Shown here: one piece after another, positions 52,401-61,400 of the stretch
Layout: each line of letters opens with the position of its first letter
Numbering within the stretch: the first letter of the stretch is position 1
Assembly (NCBI GenBank): GCA_964016885.1
Contig: OZ024744.1
Location: 5,270,001-5,334,000, forward strand
DNA length: 64,000 bases
Direction: 5' to 3'
From: Eledone cirrhosa
Taxonomy: Eukaryota
Notes under the pieces: generated by a model
The model's database searches: none
Seen by the model: only the letters and a program-made list of their open reading frames with translations
What the model was told of the DNA's origin: nothing
Program-made: the position numbers and the translations under genes

Positions 52401-55400
52401 TAGCAGAGGTCTATCTTGGTAGACAGTGGTGTTGGTAGCAGAGGTCTATCTTGGTAGACAGTGAGGTTGGTATCAGAGGTCTATCTTGGTAGACAGTGGT
52501 GTTGGTAGCAGAGGTCTATGTTGGTAGACAGTGGTGTTGGTAGCAGAGGTCTATCTTGGTAGATAGTGAGGTTGGTAGTAGAGGTCTATGTTGGTAGACA
52601 TTGGTGTTGGTAGCAGAGTTCTATCTTGGTAGACAGTGGTGTTGGTAGCAGAGGTCTATGTTGGTAGACAGTGGTGTTGGTAATAGAGGTCTATCTTGGT
52701 AGACAGTGGTGTTGGTAGCAGATGTCTATCTTGGTAGACAGTGGTGTTGGTAGCAGAGGTCTATCTTGGTAGACAGTGGTGTTGGTAGCAGAGGTCGATC
52801 TTGGTAGACAGTGGTGTTGGTAGCAGAGGTCTATCTTGGTAGACAGTGGTGTTGGTAGCAGATGTCTATCTTGGTAGACAGTGGTGTTGGTAGCAGAGAT
52901 CTATCTTGGTAGACAGTGGTGTTGGTAGCAGATGTCGATCTTGGTAGACAGTGGTGTTGGTAGCAGAGGTCGATCTTGGTAGACAGTGGTGTTGGTAGCA
53001 GAGGTCTATCTTGGTAGACAGTGGTGTTGGTAGCAGAGGTCTATGTTGGTAGACAGTGGTGTTGGTAGCAGAGGTATATCTTGGTAGGCAGTGGTGTTGG
53101 TAGCAGAGCTCTATCTTGGTAGACAGTGGTGTTGGTAGCAGAGGTCTATCTTGGTAGACAGTGGTGTTGGTAGCAGAGGTCTTTCTTGGTAGACAGTGGT
53201 GTTGGTAGCAGAGGTCTATGTTGGTAGAAAGTGAGGTTGGTAGCAGAGGTCTATCTTGGTAGAAAGTGGTGTTGGTAGGAGAGGTCTATCTTGGTAGACA
53301 GTGGTGTTGGTAGCAGAGGTCTATCTTGGTAGACAGTGGTGTTGGTAGCAGAGGTCTATATTGGTAGACAGTGGTGTTGGTAGCAGATGTCTATCTTGGT
53401 AGACAGTGGTGTTGGTAGCAGAGGTCTATCTTGGTAGACAGTGGTGGTGGTAGCAGAGGTCTATCTTGTTAGACAGTGTTGTTGGTAGCAGAGGTCTATC
53501 TTAGTAGACAGTGGTGTTGGTAGCAGAGGTCTATCCTGGTAGACAGTGGTGTTGGTAGCAGAGGTCTATCTTGGTAGACAGTAGTGTTGGTAGCAGAGGT
53601 CTATCTTGGTAGACAGTGGTGTTGGTAGCTGAGGTCTAACTTGGTAGACAGTGGTGTTGGTAGCAGAGGTCTATCTTAGTAGACAGTGGTGTTGGTAGCA
53701 GAGGTCTACCTTGGTAGACAGTGGTGTCGGTAGCAGAGCTCTATCCTGGTAGACAGTGGTGTTGGTAGCAGAGGTCTATCTTGGTAGACAGTGAGGTTGG
53801 TAGCAGAGGTCTATGTTGGTAGACAGTGGTGTCGGTAGCAGAGCTCTATCTTGGTAGACAGTGGTGTTGGTAGCAGAAGTCTATCTTGGTAGACAGTGAG
53901 GTTGGGAGCAGAGGTCTATGTTGGTAGACAGTGGTGTCGGTAGCAGAGGTCTATCTTGGTAGACAGTGGTGTTGGTAGGAGAGGTTTATCTTGGTAGACA
54001 GTGGTGTTGGTAGCAGAGGTCTATGTTGGTAGACAGTGGTGTTGGTAGCAGAGGTATATCTTGGTAGGCAGTGGTGTTGGTAGCAGAGCTCTATCTTGGT
54101 AGACAGTGGTGTTGGTAGCAGAGGTCTATCTTGGTAGACAGTGGTGTTGGTAGCAGAGGTCTATGTTAGTAGAAAGTGAGGTTGGTAGCAGAGGTCTATC
54201 TTGGTAGACAGTGAGGGTGGTAGCAGAGGTCTATCTTGGTAAACAGAGGTGTTGGTAGCAGAGGTCTATCTTGGTAGACAGTGAGGTTGGTATCAGAGGT
54301 CTATCTTGGTAGACAGTGAGGTTGGTAGCAGAGGTCTATGTTGGTAGACAGTGGTGTTGGTAGCATAGGTCTATCTTGGTAGACAGTGGTGTTGGTAGCA
54401 GAGGTCTATGTTGGTAGACAGTGGTGTTGGTAGTAGAGGTCTATCTTGGTAGACAGTGGTGTTGGTAGCAGATGTCTATCTTGGTAGACAGTGGTGTTGG
54501 TAGCAGAGGTCTATCTTGGTAGACAGTGGTGTTGGTAGCAAATATCTATCTTGGTAGACAGTGGTGTTGGTAGCAGAGGTCTATGTTGGTAGACAGTGGT
54601 GTTGGTAGCAGAGGTCTATCTTGGTAGACAGTGGTGTTGGTAGCAGAGGTCTATCTTGGTAGACAGTGGTGTTGGTAGCAGAGGTCTATCTTGGTAGACA
54701 GTGGTGTTGGTAGCAGAGGTCTATCTTGGTAGACAGTGGTGTTGGTAGCAGAGGTCTATGTTGGTAGACAGTGAGGTTGGTAGCAGAGGTCTATGTTGGT
54801 AGACAGTGGTGTTGGTAGCAGAGGTCTATCTTGGTAGACAGTGGTGTTGGTAGAAGAGGTCTATGTTGGTAGACAGTGAGGTTGGTAGCAGAGGTCTATC
54901 TTGGTAGACAGTGAAGTTGGTAGCAGAGGTCTATCTTGGTAGACAGTGAGGGTGGTAGCAGAGGTCTATCTTGGTAGACAGTGGTGTTCGTAGCAGAGGT
55001 CTATCTTGGTAGACAGTGGTGTTGGTAGCAGAGGTCTAACTTGGTAGACAGTGAGGTTGGTAGCAGAGGTCTATCTTGGTAGACAGTGGTGTTGGTAGCA
55101 GAGGTCTATCTTGGTAGACAGTGGGGTGGGTAGCAGAGGTCTATGTTGGTAGACAGTGGTGTTGGTAGCAGAGGTCTATGTTGGTAGACAGTGGTGTTGG
55201 TAGCAGAGGTCTATGTTGGTAGACAGTGGTGTTGGTAGCAGAGGTTAATCTTGGTAGACAGTGGTGTTGGTAGCAGAGATCTATCTTGGTAGACAGTAGT
55301 GTTGGTAGCAGAGGTCTATGTTGGTAGACAGTGGTGTTTGTAGCAGAGGTCTATGTTGGTAGACAGTGGTGTTGGAAGCAGAGGTCTATCTTAGTAGACA

Positions 55401-58400
55401 GTGGTGTTGGTACAGAGGTCTATGTTGGTAGACAGTGAGGTTGGTAGCAGAGGTCTATATTGGTAGACAGTGAGGTTGGTAGCAGAGGTATATCTTGGTA
55501 GACAGTGAGGTTGGTAGCAGAGCTCTATCTTGGTAGACAGTGGTGTTGGTAGCAGAGGTCTATCTTGGTAGACAGTGGTGTTGGTAGCAGAGGTCTATCT
55601 TGGTAGACAGTGGTGTTGGTAGCAGAGGTCTATGTTGGTAGACAGTGGTGTTGGTAGCAGAGGTATATCTTGGTAGGCAGTGGTGTTGGTAGCAGAGCTC
55701 TATCTTGGTAGACAGTGGTGTTGGTAGCAGAGGTCTTTCTTGGTAGACAGTGGTGTTGCTAGCAGAGGTCTATGTTGGTAGAAAGTGAGGTTGGTAGCTG
55801 AGATCTATGTTGGTAGACAGTGGTGTTGGTAGCAGAAGTCTATCTTGGTAGACAGTGAGGTTGGTAGCAGAGGTCTATCTTGGTAGACAGTGGTGTTGGT
55901 AGCAGAGGTCTATCTTGGTAGACAGTGGTGTTGGTAGCAGAGGTCTATCTTGGTAGACAGTGGTGTTGGTAGCAGAAGTCTATCTTGGTAGACAGTGGTG
56001 TTGGTAGCAGAGGTCTATCTTGGTAGACAGTGGTGTTGCTAGCAGAGGTCTATCTTGGTAGACAGTGGTGTTGCTAGCAAAGGTCTATGTTGGTAGACAG
56101 TGAGGTTGGTAGCAGAGGTCTATCTTGGTAGACAGTGAGGGTGGTATCAGAGGTCTATCTTGGTAGACAGTGAGGTTGGTAGCAGAGGTCTATGTTGGTA
56201 GACAGTGGTGTTGGTAGCAGAGGTCGATCTTGGTAGGCAGTGGTGTTGGTAGCAGAGGTCTATCTTGGTAGACAGTGGTGTTGGTAGCAGAGGTCTATGT
56301 TGGTAGACAGTGGTGTTGGTAGCAGAGGTATATCTTGGTAGGCAGTGGTGTTGGTAGCAGAGCTCTATCTTGGTAGACAGTGGTGTTGGTAGCAGAGGTC
56401 TATCTTGGTAGACAGTGGTGTTGGTAGCAGAGGTCTTTCTTGGTAGACAGTGGTGTTGGTAGCAGAGGTCTATGTTGGTAGAAAGTGAGGTTGGTAGCAG
56501 AGGTCTATCTTGGTAGAAAGTGGTGTTGGTAGGAGAGGTCTATCTTGGTAGACAGTGGTGTTGGTAGCAGAGGTCTATCTTGGTAGACAGTGGTGTTGGT
56601 AGCAGAGGTCTATATTGGTAGACAGTGGTGTTGGTAGCAGATGTCTATCTTGGTAGACAGTGGTGTTGGTAGCAGAGGTCTATCTTGGTAGACAGTGGTG
56701 GTGGTAGCAGAGGTCTATCTTGTTAGACAGTGTTGTTGGTAGCAGAGGTCTATCTTAGTAGACAGTGGTGTTGGTAGCAGAGGTCTATCCTGGTAGACAG
56801 TGGTGTTGGTAGCAGAGGTCTATCTTGGTAGACAGTAGTGTTGGTAGCAGAGGTCTATCTTGGTAGACAGTGGTGTTGGTAGATGAGGTCTAACTTGGTA
56901 GACAGTGGTGTTGGTAGCAGAGGTCTATCTTAGTAGACAGTGGTGTTGGTAGCAGAGGTCTACCTTGGTAGACAGTGGTGTCGGTAGCAGAGCTCTATCC
57001 TGGTAGACAGTGGTGTTGGTAGCAGAGGTCTATCTTGGTAGACAGTGAGGTTGGTAGCAGAGGTCTATGTTGGTAGACAGTGGTGTCGGTAGCAGAGCTC
57101 TATCTTGGTAGACAGTGGTGTTGGTAGCAGAAGTCTATCTTGGTAGACAGTGAGGTTGGGAGCAGAGGTCTATGTTGGTAGACAGTGGTGTTGGTAGCAG
57201 AGGTCTATCTTGGTAGACAGTGGTGTTGGTAGGAGAGGTTTATCTTGGTAGACAGTGGTGTTGGTAGCAGAGGTCTATGTTGGTAGACAGTGGTGTTGGT
57301 AGCAGAGGTATATCTTGGTAGGCAGTGGTGTTGGTAGCAGAGCTCTATCTTGGTAGACAGTGGTGTTGGTAGCAGAGGTCTATCTTGGTAGACAGTGGTG
57401 TTGGTAGCAGAGGTCTATGTTAGTAGAAAGTGAGGTTGGTAGCAGAGGTCTATCTTGGTAGACAGTGAGGGTGGTAGCAGAGGTCTATCTTGGTAAACAG
57501 AGGTGTTGGTAGCAGAGGTCTATCTTGGTAGACAGTGAGGTTGGTATCAGAGGTCTATCTTGGTAGACAGTGAGGTTGGTAGCAGAGGTCTATGTTGGTA
57601 GACAGTGGTGTTGGTAGCATAGGTCTATCTTGGTAGACAGTGGTGTTGGTAGCAGAGGTCTATGTTGGTAGACAGTGGTGTTGGTAGTAGAGGTCTATCT
57701 TGGTAGACAGTGGTGTTGGTAGCAGATGTCTATCTTCGTAGACAGTGGTGTTGGTAGCAGAGGTCTATCTTGGTAGACAGTGGTGTTGGTAGCAAATATC
57801 TATCTTGGTAGACAGTGGTGTTGGTAGCAGAGGTCTATGTTGGTAGACAGTGGTGTTGGTAGCAGAGGTCTATCTTGGTAGACAGTGGTGTTGGTAGCAG
57901 AGGTCTATCTTGGTAGACAGTGGTGTTGGTAGCAGAGGTCTATCTTGGTAGACAGTGGTGTTGGTAGCAGAGGTCTATCTTGGTAGACAGTGGTGTTGGT
58001 AGCAGAGGTCTATGTTGGTAGACAGTGAGGTTGGTAGCAGAGGTCTATGTTGGTAGACAGTGGTGTTGGTAGCAGAGGTCTATCTTGGTAGACAGTGGTG
58101 TTGGTAGAAGAGGTCTATGTTGGTAGACAGTGAGGTTGGTAGCAGAGGTCTATCTTGGTAGACAGTGAAGTTGGTAGCACAGGTCTATCTTGGTAGACAG
58201 TGAGGGTGGTAGCAGAGGTCTATCTTGGTAGACAGTGGTGTTCGTAGCAGAGGTCTATCTTGGTAGACAGTGGTGTTGGTAGCAGAGGTCTAACTTGGTA
58301 GACAGTGAGGTTGGTAGCAGATGTCTATCTTGGTAGACAGTGGTGTTGGTAGCAGAGGTCTATCTTGGTAGACAGTGGGGTGGGTAGCAGAGGTCTATGT

Positions 58401-61400
58401 TGGTAGACAGTGGTGTTGGTAGCAGAGGTCTATGTTGGTAGACAGTGGTGTTGGTAGCAGAGGTCTATGTTGGTAGACAGTGGTGTTGGTAGCAGAGGTT
58501 AATCTTGGTAGACAGTGGTGTTGGTAGCAGAGATCTATCTTGGTAGACAGTAGTGTTGGTAGCAGAGGTCTATGTTGGTAGACAGTGGTGTTTGTAGCAG
58601 AGGTCTATGTTGGTAGACAGTGGTGTTGGAAGCAGAGGTCTATCTTAGTAGACAGTGGTGTTGGTACTGAGGTCTATGTTGGTAGACAGTGAGGTTGGTA
58701 GCAGAGGTCTATATTGGTAGACAGTGAGGTTGGTAGCAGAGGTATATCTTGGTAGACAGTGAGGTTGGTAGCAGAGCTCTATCTTGGTAGACAGTGGTGT
58801 TGGTAGCAGAGGTCTATCTTGGTAGACAGTGGTGTTGGTAGCAGAGGTCTATCTTGGTAGACAGTGGTGTTGGTAGCAGAGGTCTATGTTGGTAGACAGT
58901 GGTGTTGGTAGCAGAGGTATATCTTGGTAGGCAGTGGTGTTGGTAGCAGAGCTCTATCTTGGTAGACAGTGGTGTTGGTAGCAGAGGTCTTTCTTGGTAG
59001 ACAGTGGTGTTGCTAGCAGAGGTCTATGTTGGTAGAAAGTGAGGTTGGTAGCTGAGATCTATGTTGGTAGACAGTGGTTTTGGTAGCAGAAGTCTATCTT
59101 GGTAGACAGTGAGGTTGGTAGCAGAGGTCTATCTTGGTAGACAGTGGTGTTGGTAGCAGAGGTCTATCTTGGTAGACAGTGGTGTTGGTAGCAGAGGTCT
59201 ATCTTGGTAGACAGTGGTGTTGGTAGCAGAAGTCTATCTTGGTAGACAGTGGTGTTGGTAGCAGAGGTCTATCTTGGTAGACAGTGGTGTTGCTAGCAGA
59301 GGTCTATCTTGGTAGACAGTGGTGTTGCTAGCAAAGGTCTATGTTGGTAGACAGTGAGGTTGGTAGCAGAGGTCTATCTTGGTAGACAGTGAGGGTGGTT
59401 GCAGAGGTCTATCTTGGTAGACAGTGGTGTTGGTAGCAGAGGTCTAGCTTGGTAGACAGTGAGGTTGGTATCAGAGGTCTATCTTGGTAGACAGTGAGGT
59501 TGGTAGCAGAGGTCTATGTTGGTAGACAGTGGTGTTGGTAGCATAGGCCTATCTTGGTAGACAGTGGTGTTGGTAGCAGAGGTCTATGTTGGTAGACAGT
59601 GGTGTTGGTAGTAGAGGTCTATCTTGGTAGACAGTGGTGTTGGTAGCAGATGTCTATCTTGGTAGACAGTGGTGTTGGTAGCAGAGGTCTATCTTGGTAG
59701 ACAGTGGTGTTGGTAGCAGATATCTATCTTGGTAGACAGTGGTGTTGGTAGCAGAGGTCTATGTTGGTAGACAGTGGTGTTGGTAGCAGAGGTCTATCTT
59801 GGTAGTCAGTGGTGTTGGTAGCAGAGGTCTATCTTGGTAGACAGTGGTGTTGGTAGCAGAGGTCTATGTTGGTAGACAGTGAGGTTGGTAGCAGAGGTCT
59901 ATCTTGGTAGACAGTGGTGTTGGTAGCAGAGGTCTATGTTGGTAGACAGTGGTGTTGGTAGCAGAGGTCTATCTTGGTAGATAGTGAGGTTGGTAGTAGA
60001 GGTCTATGTTGGTAGACATTGGTGTTGGTAGCAGAGTTCTATCTTGGTAGACAGTGGTGTTGGTAGCAGAGGTCTATGTTGGTAGACAGTGGTGTTGGTA
60101 ATAGAGGTCTATCTTGGTAGACAGTGGTGTTGGTAGCAGATGTCTATCTTGGTAGACAGTGGTGTTGGTACCAGAGGTCTATCTTGGTAGACAGTGGTGT
60201 TGGTAGGAGAGGTCTATCTTGGTAGACAGTGGTGTTGGTAGCAGAGGTCTATCTTGGTAGAAAGTGGTGTTGGTAGGAGAGGTCTATCTTGGTAGACAGT
60301 GGTGTTGGTAGCAGAGGTCTATCTTGGTAGACAGTGGTGTTGGTAGCAGAGGTCTATATTGGTAGACAGTGGTGTTGGTAGCAGATGTCTATCTTGGTAG
60401 ACAGTGGTGTTGGTAGCAGAGGTCTATCTTGGTAGACAGTGGTGGTGGTAGCAGAGGTCTATCTTGTTAGACAGTGTTGTTGGTAGCAGAGGTCTATCTT
60501 AGTAGACAGTGGTGTTGGTAGCAGAGGTCTATCCTGGTAGACAGTGGTGTTGGTAGCAGAGGTCTATCTTGGTAGACAGTAGTGTTGGTAGCAGAGGTCT
60601 ATCTTGGTAGACAGTGGTGTTGGTAGCTGAGGTCTAACTTGGTAGACAGTGGTGTTGGTAGCAGAGGTCTATCTTAGTAGACAGTGGTTTGGTAGCAGAG
60701 GTCTACCTTGGTAGACAGTGGTGTCGGTAGCAGAGCTCTATCCTGGTAGACAGTGGTGTTGGTAGCAGAGGTCTATCTTGGTAGACAGTGAGGTTGGTAG
60801 CAGAGGTCTATGTTGGTAGACAGTGGTGTCGCTAGCAGAGCTCTATCTTGGTAGACAGTGGTGTTGGTAGCAGAAGTCTATCATGGTAGACAGTGAGGTT
60901 GGGAGCAGAGGTCTATGTTGGTAGACAGTGGTGTTGGTAGCAGAGGTCTATCTTGGTAGACAGTGGTGTTGGTAGCAGAGGTTTATCTTGGTAGACAGTG
61001 GTGTTGGTAGCAGAGGTCTATGTTGGTAGACAGTGGTGTTGGTAGCAGAGGTATATCTTGGTAGGCAGTGGTGTTGGTAGCAGAGCTCTATCTTGGTAGA
61101 CAGTGGTGTTGGTAGCAGAGGTCTATCTTGGTAGACAGTGGTGTTGGTAGCAGAGGTCTTTCTTGGTAGACAGTGGTGTTGGTAGCAGAGGTCTATGTTG
61201 GTAGAAAGTGAGGTTGGTAGCAGAGGTCTATCTTGGTAGACAATGAGGTTGGTAGCAGAGGTCTATGTTGGTAGACAGTGGTGTTGGTAGCATAGGTCTA
61301 TCTTGGTAGACAGTGGTGTTGGTAGCAGAGGTCTATGTTGGTAGACAGTGGTGTTGGTAGTAGAGGTCTATCTTGGTAGACAGTGGTGTTGGTAGCAGAT

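Noticed and set aside
16050-56207. Both large periods contain exactly 7 deletions
   Set aside because: The marker sets differ, so this is coincidence given about one deletion per 2 kb.
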